Below are positions 41,433 through 51,605 of a DNA stretch of 64,000 nucleotides, piece after piece (position 1 is the stretch's first letter; each line of letters opens with the position of its first letter). A model generated the notes under the pieces. The model was not told where the DNA came from. It worked only from the letters and a program-made list of their open reading frames with translations, and made no database searches. Where the stretch lies: contig JANPIZ010000006.1 of the NCBI GenBank assembly GCA_031425235.1, positions 30,803 through 94,802 of the forward strand, in the 5' to 3' direction. Source of the stretch: Candidatus Nomurabacteria bacterium. Lineage in GTDB: Bacteria; Patescibacteriota; Minisyncoccia; Phycocordibacterales; UBA9973. A program made the translations under genes and the position numbers.

Positions 41433-41849
41433 TTATATTTCTTTAAAACTATCTCCAGCCCATTTTCCAATACCGAGACTTAGGAATATTGACAGTACTA
41501 AAAAATAAACTAAAGAGACAACCCATTCATTTGCATTGATATTGTGTGAGTATAATATACCCGGAATCCAACTAGCGCTTCCCCAAGCATGACCTACAAA
41601 TGCAAAAATGCCTAAAGGCAAAGAATATTTACTTGGAAGTTTGAATAATAAGAAAGCCAAGATGCTTATATACACAATGGATCCTATGATAAAAATTATT
41701 GGTCCGTGCCCGAGTAGTGTAATCAAAGCAGCTTCGTTGGACTTAGCGTAATTTTGCCAGTATTCTGACGGTTGCCCAAGCAATGTAACTATGTGATCAA
41801 TTACATTTGGTAATAAAACTGCGATGACAAATATACTTTTTGATTTCAT
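41433..41849 (-). CDS. Membrane protein
   Basis: 138 aa, about 4 TM helices. Confidence 0.65.
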   Translation of the reverse strand: MKSKSIFVIAVLLPNVIDHIVTLLGQPSEYWQNYAKSNEAALITLLGHGPIIFIIGSIVYISILAFLLFKLPSKYSLPLGIFAFVGHAWGSASWIPGILYSHNINANEWVVSLVYFLVLSIFLSLGIGKWAGDSFKEI

Positions 41850-41863
41850 TTTATCAATAAATA

Positions 41864-42067
41864 TTAAACTTGTTGGGCAGGTCTTCTCGGTACAATTATT
41901 GCAGCAATAAGATAACCAACCAGAGCAGGGAAGAATGCTGTCAGTATAGCTAATAGTATATAAGCCAATCTTAATACCGTTGGGTCTGTGTCGTAATATT
42001 CACCTATTCCGCCGATTACTCCAAAGAATACTTTATTTGTATCGCTTTTATATAATGTTTTTTTCAT
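41864..42067 (-). CDS. pspC: PspC domain protein
   Basis: LYKSDTNKVFFGVIGGIGEYYDTDPTVLR...YLIAAIIVP. Confidence 0.85.
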   Translation of the reverse strand: MKKTLYKSDTNKVFFGVIGGIGEYYDTDPTVLRLAYILLAILTAFFPALVGYLIAAIIVPRRPAQQV

Positions 42068-42083
42068 AGATTATTTTTTATTT

Positions 42084-42659
42084 TTAATTTTCTAAACGTT
42101 TTCTTAATTCTTCGCGACCTCTAGAAATACTGCTTTTAACAGTATTTAAATTCATGTTTAGTTTCTTTGCTATTTCTTCATAACTCATCCCTTCACTTCT
42201 TAACATAAGAGGCATTTGATATTTTTCAGGTAAACCTTCAAAAGTCTTTAATAGGATTGCGCTTTTTTCTTTCTTTAATAAAAGTTCTTCTGGATTAAGG
42301 TTTTTATCTTCAAGGTAGTATAAATCATCTATATTAGCTGCTTTCTTTGATTTAATTCCAATAGGATCTGATTGAATTCTACGAAAGTAATCCGTTATAA
42401 CATTTTTAGTAATAGTTGTTAGCCATCCGTTTATATCTTCTCCTTTCTCCTTTTTTAGTTTGTCTGCATTTCTGTAAGCTTTATAAAGTGCTATATTTGT
42501 AAGTTCTTCCGCCATTTCTGTTCTATTCTCTTTATACAAAATTCTATAACATAATTGTTTTATAAAAGTCTCACTCTGTAAGATTTTTTCCTGAAGTTTT
42601 TTTATATTATCTTCTTCGGAATTATTAAATTGTTCGTTAGTTTTATTAATTCCTTCCAT
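42084..42659 (-). CDS. ECF sigma-70 factor
   Basis: Start placed at MEGINK (42659); WLTTITKNVITDYFR, MSYEEIAKKLNMNLNTVKSSISRGR. Confidence 0.8.
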   Translation of the reverse strand: MEGINKTNEQFNNSEEDNIKKLQEKILQSETFIKQLCYRILYKENRTEMAEELTNIALYKAYRNADKLKKEKGEDINGWLTTITKNVITDYFRRIQSDPIGIKSKKAANIDDLYYLEDKNLNPEELLLKKEKSAILLKTFEGLPEKYQMPLMLRSEGMSYEEIAKKLNMNLNTVKSSISRGREELRKRLEN

Positions 42660-42660
42660 T

Positions 42661-44424
42661 TTATTTCTTATTCTTAATTTCTTCTTTCCATAAATCAATC
42701 CACTCATCAAGTTTTGAAGGTACCAGCGATCCTTCCATCTTCATGTCTCTCATTCCAACACTGATAGTTTCAGTTTCTATTTCTTTATCACCGATGACTA
42801 TCCAATACGGGATTTTATTATTTTTTGCATCACGAACTTTTTTGCCGAGGTTTTCATCGCCATCATCAAATTCGGCACGAATATTATTTTCCTTTAATAT
42901 TTCAAAAACTTTCCGTGCATACTCGTTGTGATTTTCACGTACTGGTATGATTTTCACTTGCACAGGGGAGAGCCAGAGAGGGAATATTCCTGCAGTATGT
43001 TCTATATACACGGACAAAAATCTTTCTATAGAACCCATCAGAGCAAAGTGGATCATCACAGGTGTTTGCGGTTTACCATCGCTATCTGTATATGTTAAAC
43101 CGAAACGTTTTGGTTGCACAAAATCCAGTTGGGGGGTAGCAAGCTGCCATTGTCTACCGAGGGCATCTATAGCCATGAAATCTATTTTTGGACCATAAAA
43201 GGCCGCTTCCCCAGGAGCTTCAAAATAATCAAGGTTATGCTTTTTGGCCATGTCTAATATAATTCCTTGAGCTTTTTCCCATAATTCTGGTTCTCCTAAA
43301 TATTTTTCTGGGGTTTTTGGGTCTCTAAAAGAAAGTCGTGCACGGATTTTCATGCCAATAACTTCATAGAATATTTTAGTAACCTCAATCAGTTGCGCAT
43401 ATATTTCTTCAATTTGATCAGGCGTGCAAAATGTATGACTATCGTCTTGGGTAATGCATCGAACACGAGAAAGTCCTAAGAGTTCTCCAGCTTTTTCATC
43501 TCTATATACAGTTGTTGTTTCCATATATTTAATAGGAAGTTCTTTGTAGCTATGCGGTGAACTCGCATAGATCTGTTGATGATGTGGACAATTCATAGGT
43601 TTCATAACTAATTCATCAGATGTTTCCTGACTTTTTACTAAAAATAATTCACCGCCAAATTTATCCCAATGTCCTGATGTCTTGTATAAATCGTTTTTAG
43701 TAATATGAGGGCTCCATACTTTTTGCCAACCTTTTAGAGACCGCAGAGACTGAGAGTATTCATTCAGGAGTTCTCTTAGTAATGCACCTTTTGGTGTGAA
43801 TAAAGGTAAGCCTTTTCCTACTTGCTCAGAAAGAGTAAATAAATTCAACTGCTGTCCCAGCTTTCGATGATCTCTTTTTTCCGCTTCTTCGCGTTGCGCT
43901 ATATACGCATCAAGTTCACTTTTTGTTTCAAAAGCGAGTCCGTAGATACGGGTAAGCATTTTATTTTTCTCATCTCCTCGCCAGTAGGCACCAGCTACAC
44001 GATCGAGTTTGAAAGACATAGGGTCGATTTCTGTCGCAGGATGCTCGAGGTGTCCTCCGCGACACAGGTCAGTAAAACCTCCACAAGTGTATGTGGTTAT
44101 TTTTTCTCCGCGCTCTGCGATTTCATTTATTAGCCCTTGCTTGTATTCATTTTTGAAAAAGTCGAGTGCTTCATCCTTGCTGATTTCTTTGTGTGTGAAT
44201 TCTGTCCATTTTGGGAGGATTTTTCTCATTCGATCTTCAATTTTCTTTAGGTCTGTATCTGCGACTTTTTCTCCACAGAAATCTATGTCGTAGTAGAAGC
44301 CATTTTCAATAGCAGGCCCAAGAGTGAGTTTGATTTTATCAAATTTATATATTTCTCCCACAGCCGCTGCTAATAGGTGAGCCAGTGTATGCCTTAGATG
44401 CTCCAGTTTGTCGTTTTTGTCCAT
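42661..44424 (-). CDS. thrS: Threonine-tRNA ligase (no TGS domain)
   Basis: RHTLAHLL, DLCRGGH, RDHRKLG, KPMNCP, FYGPKID; start placed at MDKND. Confidence 0.95.
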   Translation of the reverse strand: MDKNDKLEHLRHTLAHLLAAAVGEIYKFDKIKLTLGPAIENGFYYDIDFCGEKVADTDLKKIEDRMRKILPKWTEFTHKEISKDEALDFFKNEYKQGLINEIAERGEKITTYTCGGFTDLCRGGHLEHPATEIDPMSFKLDRVAGAYWRGDEKNKMLTRIYGLAFETKSELDAYIAQREEAEKRDHRKLGQQLNLFTLSEQVGKGLPLFTPKGALLRELLNEYSQSLRSLKGWQKVWSPHITKNDLYKTSGHWDKFGGELFLVKSQETSDELVMKPMNCPHHQQIYASSPHSYKELPIKYMETTTVYRDEKAGELLGLSRVRCITQDDSHTFCTPDQIEEIYAQLIEVTKIFYEVIGMKIRARLSFRDPKTPEKYLGEPELWEKAQGIILDMAKKHNLDYFEAPGEAAFYGPKIDFMAIDALGRQWQLATPQLDFVQPKRFGLTYTDSDGKPQTPVMIHFALMGSIERFLSVYIEHTAGIFPLWLSPVQVKIIPVRENHNEYARKVFEILKENNIRAEFDDGDENLGKKVRDAKNNKIPYWIVIGDKEIETETISVGMRDMKMEGSLVPSKLDEWIDLWKEEIKNKK

Positions 44425-44509
44425 AAACTCAATACTATCACTTTTTATTTCTTTTCTCAAAATTTCCTTTGTTGCTTTTTTACTTATATATGCTAGTATA
44501 GAACACATT

Positions 44510-44737
44510 ATGGTAGTACGAATGAGACATACAAAATCGCATACGAAAAACCGCCGTTCTCACCACGCTTTGGTGAGTACGAGTTTTACTAAATGTACAA
44601 ACTGCACGGCTTTAAAGCGACGTCACACTGTGTGCCCGACTTGTGGATATTACCGTGGTAAAAAAGTTTTAGACTTGGTAAAAAAAGTAGAGAAGAAACA
44701 AAAGAAAGCTAAGGCTAAAACAGCAGCAGCTAAATAA
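44510..44737 (+). CDS. rpmF: 50S ribosomal protein L32
   Basis: RRSHHAL, CxxC..HTVCPTCGYYRG. Confidence 0.92.
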   Translation: MVVRMRHTKSHTKNRRSHHALVSTSFTKCTNCTALKRRHTVCPTCGYYRGKKVLDLVKKVEKKQKKAKAKTAAAK

Positions 44738-44750
44738 CAAGCAAAGCGAG

Positions 44751-44810
44751 TAGGCTCTGAGCACTAGGCTTTAGTTATGTACTAAAGCGGAGAACTTAAA
44801 ACCTAACGCC
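44751..44810. repeat. Heptamer-periodic palindromic intergenic repeat
   Basis: TAGGCTC TGAGCAC TAGGCTT TAG...; stem GCTTTAGT/ACTAAAGC; related copy at 56022. Confidence 0.6.
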
Positions 44811-44817
44811 ACACAAA

Positions 44818-45744
44818 ATGGCAAATAGGCACCTTTCAAGATCAATAGTACTTCAAACACTTTTTGAGTGGGATTTCTTGCCGATTGAAAAAAAAGAAAG
44901 TGGAACTGTGGGCGAAGAGATAAAAGAAGGCCTTAAAAGAAATTTAAAAGAATTTGGTCCTGGCCTTGAGGATGATGTGTTCGTGTTTTCACTCATGAAT
45001 GATATATTGAAAAATCATAAAGTGATTGATGAAATAATAGAGAAAGCAGCACCTGACTGGCCTATCGATAAAATATCTATTGTTGACCGTAACATCTTGC
45101 GTATTGGGTTGCAGGAACTCCTGTTTGGCGACAGGTCCCAAGTGCCTCCGAAGGTAGCTATCAATGAAGCTATTGAGCTCGCAAAAACATTTGGTGGCGA
45201 AAATTCGAGCAAGTTCGTAAATGGAGTGCTCGGTGCAGTCTATAAAGAAATAGGTGAGCCGGGTAAGGAACAAAAAAGTAAGGCACGTGGTAAAAAATCT
45301 GATGAACCCGTAGATATAAGTACATTACAAGTGGAAGAACTCGGCGGGGCGATCGTATATTCCCAAAAAGATAATGATACAGTGTTTGCTCTTGTTCATG
45401 ATGTATTCGGCTACTGGACTCTATCGAAAGGAAAAATGGAAGAAGGAGAAAGTGTCGAGGAGGGCACTAAGCGAGCACTCAAAAAAGAAATAGGTTTAGA
45501 CATAACCCTCGAAGAGAAGTTGGGTGCAAATGAATACGTCGCTTCACATCCTGAAAAAGGAAAGACATTGAAACGAGTTACCTACTTCCTTGCAAAAAGC
45601 GATTACAAAGAGCTCGAACTTGAAAAGTCCGGCGGACTCGATGGGGCGAGATGGTTTCCACTCTCGGCAATAGCTGAACTTCGGATGTATGGTGACATGA
45701 TCCCAATCATTGAAAAGGCTGTAAAGATTATAAATTCCAAATAA
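44818..45744 (+). CDS. nusB: NusB fused to a NUDIX-like domain
   Basis: [30 protein letters not shown]; C-terminal [23 protein letters not shown]. Confidence 0.88.
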   Translation: MANRHLSRSIVLQTLFEWDFLPIEKKESGTVGEEIKEGLKRNLKEFGPGLEDDVFVFSLMNDILKNHKVIDEIIEKAAPDWPIDKISIVDRNILRIGLQELLFGDRSQVPPKVAINEAIELAKTFGGENSSKFVNGVLGAVYKEIGEPGKEQKSKARGKKSDEPVDISTLQVEELGGAIVYSQKDNDTVFALVHDVFGYWTLSKGKMEEGESVEEGTKRALKKEIGLDITLEEKLGANEYVASHPEKGKTLKRVTYFLAKSDYKELELEKSGGLDGARWFPLSAIAELRMYGDMIPIIEKAVKIINSK

Positions 45745-45754
45745 TTACAAAAAA

Positions 45755-46450
45755 ATGATAAATTTTTCAGATTTCGAAGAAAAAACAAAAGTATTTTTTA
45801 AAGATAAAGATTTACTCAAACAAGCTTTTATTCACAGGTCATACATAAATGAAAATACAGGAACCAAGCTTTCACACAATGAACGACTCGAATTTTTGGG
45901 TGATGCGGTGCTCGAACTTATCGTGACTGACTTTTTATATAAAAAATATCCTAGCTACACTGAAGGGGAACTCACTTCGATCCGTTCAGCGCTCGTGAAT
46001 GCTATTATTATATCTGAAGTAGCAAAAAATGCTGGAATGAATGATTTTCTACTCCTTTCAAAAGGTGAAGCCAAGGATCATGGCAAGGCGAGGCAGTACA
46101 TACTCGCCAATACATATGAAGCGTACATCGGAGCTTTGTACCTGGATCAAGGATACGAGGCCGTCAATGTGTTCTTGAAAGAAAATTTGCTTCCAAAAAC
46201 TGACGAGATAGTAAGGAAAAAATTATGGCGCGATGCAAAAAGTTTGGTACAAGAAAAAGCTCAGGAGTTCGTATCAGTTACACCGCAATATAAAGTAATG
46301 AGTGAATCCGGACCGGATCACGACAAGCATTTTACCGTAGGGATATTTTTTGGTGGTAATAAAATAGCCGAAGGAAGCGGTAAATCTAAACAGGAAGCTG
46401 AAGTAAAAGCAGCCGAAGCAGCGTTAAAAGCAAAAAACTGGCTTGATTAA
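45755..46450 (+). CDS. rnc: Ribonuclease III
   Basis: NERLEFLGDAVL, dsRBD. Confidence 0.96.
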   Translation: MINFSDFEEKTKVFFKDKDLLKQAFIHRSYINENTGTKLSHNERLEFLGDAVLELIVTDFLYKKYPSYTEGELTSIRSALVNAIIISEVAKNAGMNDFLLLSKGEAKDHGKARQYILANTYEAYIGALYLDQGYEAVNVFLKENLLPKTDEIVRKKLWRDAKSLVQEKAQEFVSVTPQYKVMSESGPDHDKHFTVGIFFGGNKIAEGSGKSKQEAEVKAAEAALKAKNWLD

Positions 46451-46468
46451 ATGCTATAATACTACGGT

Positions 46469-48700
46469 ATGCGATTAAAAACTCTTGAAATAAACGGATT
46501 CAAATCTTTTGCCCACAAGAGTGTTTTAGAGTTTGAAAGCCCTATCGTTTGTATCGTCGGACCGAATGGCTCGGGTAAATCAAACGTGGTGGAATCATTC
46601 CGCTATGTACTCGGCGAGCAATCAATGAAGTCCATGCGCGGAAAATCAGGTACCGACCTGATTTTTAAAGGATCAAAAAATCTATCAAAAGGCACTCGTG
46701 CTACTGTGACCGTACATTTTAACAATAGTGACAAAGTTTTTAAAGTAACCAACGACAATGGTGAAAACATTGATCTCAACTACGACACCATAAGTGTTGC
46801 TCGACAAGTTTTTCCTGATGGGCTAAATAAATATATATTAAATGGCTCAGACGTACGGCTGAAAGATATTCACAATCTTCTTGCTTCAGTAAATATTGGT
46901 TCCTCCGGGCATCACATTATTTCTCAAGGTGAAGCGGACAGGATATTGAACGCAAATCCAAAAGAACGCCGTGAGATGGTGGAGGATGCACTCGGACTCA
47001 AGGTGTATCAATATCGAATAAAAGACTCAGAGCGTAAACTCGAACGAACAAATGAAAACATGAAAGAGGTGAGCATGCTTCGCCGTGAAAACGCACCACA
47101 TTTAAACTTTTTGAAACGTCAGGTTGAAAAAATAGAGAAGGCTCGCGATATGCAGCTCGAGCTCGCGGGACTATATCGAAGATATTTAAAATACGAAAGT
47201 ACCTACCTCGAAGAGGAAAAATCAAAACTTGACCAGGAAAAAGAAGTTATTTCGAAGGAGCTAAAAATTGTAAACGATAAAATCGCTGGAGCAGAAGCAG
47301 AGGGTAATATACAAGGAAGCAAAAAAATAGATGAACTCCGCACACAAGAGAAAAAAATAAATGAGGTTCGAAGTATAAAAAATGAAATGGAGCGCAAAAT
47401 CGGACGCATCGAAGGTATGATCGAAATGGAGGAACATCGCCAACGTGAGGCGCCCGAAGCTATAGTGATGTCGCCCGTTGAGGTAAAAAGTATTTTAAAT
47501 GAAGTCCATGGCTCTATAGATGAGGCAATTTCAAAAGAGCATATTTCAGAAATTCGACCTATTCTTGAAAGAATAAAAATTATCTTAGATAGATTTAACA
47601 AAAACAAAGAACTCAAGGATACATTTAGTGACACGGTAGAATTAAAGAAAAATCGGCAGGAAATTCTCATTGAGATGGAAAAAATCGAGAGAGAGGAGCA
47701 AAAAATTACTGATTTTGCGCGAGAGCTTCGAAGAGAAATAGATCAAGAATTAGAAGTACTTCGTGACCTCGAACGCGAAAAGTTTACCTGGAAAGTGAGA
47801 CAGCAAGAACTTGCCTCAGCCTTAGAACTCGCTTACATAAAAGAAACAACTTTAAGAAACAGACTCGAAGCTTTTGAAAACGAAATAAAAGAAGGGGTGG
47901 CATTGATTGGGCAGGAAATATTGTTGTACAAACAACACGCACCCGAGAACGAAGAAATGCCTGAGGACGGAGAACTCAAGCGTAAAATTGAACGTATTAA
48001 AATTAAGCTTGAAGACGCTGGTCTCGGCAATGGGGCTGACATAATGAAAGAATATAACGAAGTCACTGAACGAGATGCATTTTTAGTAACAGAACTCGTT
48101 GACCTAGAAAAAAGCATCGAATCGCTACAAGCACTTATCGCCGACCTGAAGGAAAAAATTGATGTGGAATTCAAGGAGGGTGTAAGTAAAATAAATGTAG
48201 CGTTTCAAGAGTTTTTCTCTCTTATGTTTGGGGGAGGACATGGAGCCTTGTCAGTCGTAACTCCGCAAAAGAAAAAGAAAAAAGTAAGTGATGAATTTGA
48301 CGGAGAAGATGATATTGAGGATCTTGAAGAAAATGAAGTGCCGGAGCAAGGTATCGAAATAAGTGTATCACTTCCACATAAAAAGGTACGAGAATTGCAT
48401 GCATTGTCGGGGGGAGAAAGGTCGCTCACATCTATAGCGATTTTATTTGCCATGTCACAGGTGAATCCACCACCTTTCCTTGTTCTCGATGAAACAGATG
48501 CTGCACTCGACGAAGCGAATTCTCGCAAATATGGTGACATGTTGGAAAAACTTTCCAAGCATTCTCAGCTTGTCGTTGTGACTCACAATAGGGAAACAAT
48601 GTCGCGAGCTGGAGTGTTGTACGGAGTGACAGTCGGAGCCGACGGAGCCTCGAAGCTATTGTCAGTGAAATTTGAAGAAGCGACCCAGATTGCAAAATAA
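46469..48700 (+). CDS. smc: SMC-family ATPase (short form)
   Basis: GFKSF, GPNGSGKSN, LSGGE, LDETDAALD, VVTH. Confidence 0.88.
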   Translation: MRLKTLEINGFKSFAHKSVLEFESPIVCIVGPNGSGKSNVVESFRYVLGEQSMKSMRGKSGTDLIFKGSKNLSKGTRATVTVHFNNSDKVFKVTNDNGENIDLNYDTISVARQVFPDGLNKYILNGSDVRLKDIHNLLASVNIGSSGHHIISQGEADRILNANPKERREMVEDALGLKVYQYRIKDSERKLERTNENMKEVSMLRRENAPHLNFLKRQVEKIEKARDMQLELAGLYRRYLKYESTYLEEEKSKLDQEKEVISKELKIVNDKIAGAEAEGNIQGSKKIDELRTQEKKINEVRSIKNEMERKIGRIEGMIEMEEHRQREAPEAIVMSPVEVKSILNEVHGSIDEAISKEHISEIRPILERIKIILDRFNKNKELKDTFSDTVELKKNRQEILIEMEKIEREEQKITDFARELRREIDQELEVLRDLEREKFTWKVRQQELASALELAYIKETTLRNRLEAFENEIKEGVALIGQEILLYKQHAPENEEMPEDGELKRKIERIKIKLEDAGLGNGADIMKEYNEVTERDAFLVTELVDLEKSIESLQALIADLKEKIDVEFKEGVSKINVAFQEFFSLMFGGGHGALSVVTPQKKKKKVSDEFDGEDDIEDLEENEVPEQGIEISVSLPHKKVRELHALSGGERSLTSIAILFAMSQVNPPPFLVLDETDAALDEANSRKYGDMLEKLSKHSQLVVVTHNRETMSRAGVLYGVTVGADGASKLLSVKFEEATQIAK

Positions 48701-48706
48701 ATACTT

Positions 48707-49081
48707 ATGCCAAAAGAAACTTTACCAAAAATAGAAGATAGACAGTTTGCCGCGTATAAAGAGTATCACGCTCTTTTAAAAGAATTAAATGAAATACAAG
48801 AAAATAATGATAATTATTCAGAAAAAAACGCTCCAGAAAATTTCCCCAACTATGGTGTTATTGAAAATATAAAAGGAAAATCTATATTTAGAGGATTAGA
48901 CGGTAAAAGAGGGGTAGCAGAATTTTGCTTTGGTAAGCAAATGAGCACAAACGACCAGGAAGGCAATTATAGGTATGTATCTCAAGCGACTTTTGACACG
49001 ATGGTTGAAAAACTAAAACTCGCTTTATTTTTTCTTGAAAACAAAAACAAAGAAGGAGGGGATAAAATTTTATTGGGATAG
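48707..49081 (+). CDS. Hypothetical protein
   Basis: 124 aa ORF. Confidence 0.55.
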   Translation: MPKETLPKIEDRQFAAYKEYHALLKELNEIQENNDNYSEKNAPENFPNYGVIENIKGKSIFRGLDGKRGVAEFCFGKQMSTNDQEGNYRYVSQATFDTMVEKLKLALFFLENKNKEGGDKILLG

Positions 49082-49116
49082 ATGTTGTTTTTCTCTAATT
49101 TGGTATAATAAACTAC

Positions 49117-49689
49117 ATGAAATTAATACTTGGTTCTTCGTCACGATATCGAAAAAAACTCCTTGAAAATGCAGGGTATACGTTCGATGTTGTTATACCT
49201 CATGTGGATGAAAAGGCTATTAAAACAAATAACCCTTATGAACGCCCCCTTATTCTTGCTCGTGCTAAAGCAGATGCAGTATTGCCTCTGGTCACAGAGC
49301 CCGCTCTCATAATAACTTCCGATATTGTTGTGGTAGGAGAGGGTAAGCTTTACGAAAAACCAGAGTCCAAAGAAGAAGCTCGAGAAATGCTTCAAAAATA
49401 TAGTAACGGTCTTAATCCCGAGACAGTGTGCGCTATCGTGGTGACCAACACCCAAACAAAAGAACGTTTTGAAGGAGTTGATATTGCGAAGGTATTTTTT
49501 AAGCCATTTACTGGGCTCATGATTGAAGAATTTATCAAAGAGGGTAGTCCTCTCGAACGTGCGGGAGGTTTTGGTATTCAACATCCGATCATGCAGCCTT
49601 ACATTCACAAAATTGAAGGTACAGAAGAAAGCATCTCTGGGATGCCAATTCATCTATTGAAAGACTTGCTTGCTAAAGCGGGATACTAG
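49117..49689 (+). CDS. maf: Maf family nucleotide pyrophosphatase
   Basis: LILGSSSRYR, DE, SD.VV..EKP, AGGF.IQ, ISGMP. Confidence 0.9.
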   Translation: MKLILGSSSRYRKKLLENAGYTFDVVIPHVDEKAIKTNNPYERPLILARAKADAVLPLVTEPALIITSDIVVVGEGKLYEKPESKEEAREMLQKYSNGLNPETVCAIVVTNTQTKERFEGVDIAKVFFKPFTGLMIEEFIKEGSPLERAGGFGIQHPIMQPYIHKIEGTEESISGMPIHLLKDLLAKAGY

Positions 49690-51590
49690 GGTATTTTAGG
49701 TATTTCTTGAAATTTTACTTTTTCTTCTTTTCCTTTTATGACTTGGTCAGGCTGAAAAGCTTTATTTAATTTTACAATATCTTTACGAGTAGTCATACTG
49801 CCGTCTTTATTTAATTTTATATTAAGAAGCATGCCTTGCATGGTGTTTACGCTGAAGCCTTGATCAAAAATAAAATTACCAAGCGAGTAGGCTATGTAGC
49901 TTTGTTTATAGACTTCGGTGTCTTGTATCACGTGTGGATGTGCTCCGATTACAAGTTTAGCGCCATTATCAACAGCCCTATGCGCGAGGTATTCTTGACG
50001 AGCATTGTGTTTCGTCTTGTATTCATCACCAAAATGAAATGATACAACGAGGTGGTCAACCTGCCTTGAAGCGTTTTGGATGATTTCGTCAAATCGTGGG
50101 TTGCTCGCAAGAAGGAGACCAGCTTGATCGGCTGTTGCTTGCATAGAGTTTGGTCCGACATCTGAAAATCCGAGGAAGCCGATTTTCATGCCGTATTTCT
50201 CTATAATTGTAGGAGTTTCTGCATCTACAGCATCGTTGCCTCCACCTGTGTATAAAATTTCGTTTTCTTTTAAGGTTGCGAGGCTGTCAGCATATGCGAG
50301 GCGACCCCAGTCACCGACATGATTATTTGCTACTGACACGATAGTCATACCGGCACCAGCGAGCGCTGGGACTACTGCTGGATCCATTCTAAAAGAATAT
50401 AAGTTCTTTTGATCTGCGCCTTGGTCTGATGCGGGACCCTCTAGATTTGCGAATACAATATCGGACTTTTTGAGTACGGATAGTTTTTCAAATAATGCTG
50501 AGTAGTCGTTGCCAAAATTTTTGACGACTGAATTCCGTACTCCACGGTCAAGCATAATATCACCTCCAAATGTGAGGGTAACAAAGGTGGGGTCACTAAT
50601 GTCAGGGATATTTATTTTTTCGGCTACCCAATTAGTAGTCGCATCTGCTTCACCTCCATAGTAAATATGCTTTTTTAAGTATTTTATTATATTTTCTACG
50701 TCTCGCTCTCGGTCTTTGCTGCCAAGAAGGGTGATAGCAATAGGACGCAATCCTGTTTGACCGAGAGGCAAATTAAATAGTGATACCACTGTTTGCTTGG
50801 CTGCGTCAGTATATCCGCTTTTACCTCCAACATATCCATCATCGCCAAGAAATTGCGAAATATTGGACCAACTATGTTTTTTGTTTACAAAACTTCTTTT
50901 ACCGGTGATGTCGAGTATGTCTTTGTTATTGGTTCGCAAATATCCAACGAGTCGAAACATGTCGGATGCCGTGGATTGATTGTTGCTCGAAAGCCCACTT
51001 GGGTCCTGGAAGCGCGTCGAAGACATTTTTAGATTTTCGGCAACTTGGTTCATTCTGGAAATAAAATTATCACGTCCAAAATGCTCTGCGAGTACTTCAG
51101 CTGCGTCGTTGCTCGACTCAAGGAGGAGGGGATACAAGAGGTCTGTTGTTTTTATTTTTTCCCCAGTTCTCAACCCTCCATTTTTACCGAGTGCCGAAAG
51201 GGCACGATTTGTTACGGTTGCTATGTTGTCAGGGGTATTTATTTCTTTTGTTACAAGAGCCGTCATGAGTTTGGACATGGAGGCTATTGGATATTTTTGG
51301 TCTTGTGATTTTGCAAGTATTACCTCACCAGTATTGAGATCACCCACTATATACGACTGTGCAGAAATTTTTGGTTGAACGGTAGTATTTTTATTTACAT
51401 AATAATACTTTGAATGTGTAACTTCTTTTAGAGGAGCTACGAGCTGGATTACAGCCGCTTGGTTGCCTAGAGGATCGAGTTTTTGTCCTCGCAGGAACGC
51501 CATTGTCGATGAAGTCAAAAAAACACCGATACAGAGCGAGAGTATCGTCCACGCAATAATTTTAGTTTTTGTTCTTAAAAATTCTTTCAT
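49686..51590 (-). CDS. D-Ala-D-Ala carboxypeptidase (S11) fused to a CapA metallophosphatase
   Basis: ASMSKL, SSND, KSG; GDIM.DRGV, ANLE, ANNH, HFG.E, GAHPH, YSLGNF.FDQ. Confidence 0.82.
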   Translation of the reverse strand: MKEFLRTKTKIIAWTILSLCIGVFLTSSTMAFLRGQKLDPLGNQAAVIQLVAPLKEVTHSKYYYVNKNTTVQPKISAQSYIVGDLNTGEVILAKSQDQKYPIASMSKLMTALVTKEINTPDNIATVTNRALSALGKNGGLRTGEKIKTTDLLYPLLLESSNDAAEVLAEHFGRDNFISRMNQVAENLKMSSTRFQDPSGLSSNNQSTASDMFRLVGYLRTNNKDILDITGKRSFVNKKHSWSNISQFLGDDGYVGGKSGYTDAAKQTVVSLFNLPLGQTGLRPIAITLLGSKDRERDVENIIKYLKKHIYYGGEADATTNWVAEKINIPDISDPTFVTLTFGGDIMLDRGVRNSVVKNFGNDYSALFEKLSVLKKSDIVFANLEGPASDQGADQKNLYSFRMDPAVVPALAGAGMTIVSVANNHVGDWGRLAYADSLATLKENEILYTGGGNDAVDAETPTIIEKYGMKIGFLGFSDVGPNSMQATADQAGLLLASNPRFDEIIQNASRQVDHLVVSFHFGDEYKTKHNARQEYLAHRAVDNGAKLVIGAHPHVIQDTEVYKQSYIAYSLGNFIFDQGFSVNTMQGMLLNIKLNKDGSMTTRKDIVKLNKAFQPDQVIKGKEEKVKFQEIPKIP

Positions 51591-51605
51591 CTCGATTCTA
51601 CTGTA

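Noticed and set aside
44408-44509. Overlapping upstream extensions of the thrS and rpmF ORFs
   Set aside because: Artefacts of the longest-ORF rule; conserved starts with -10 boxes are at 44424 (-) and 44510 (+).
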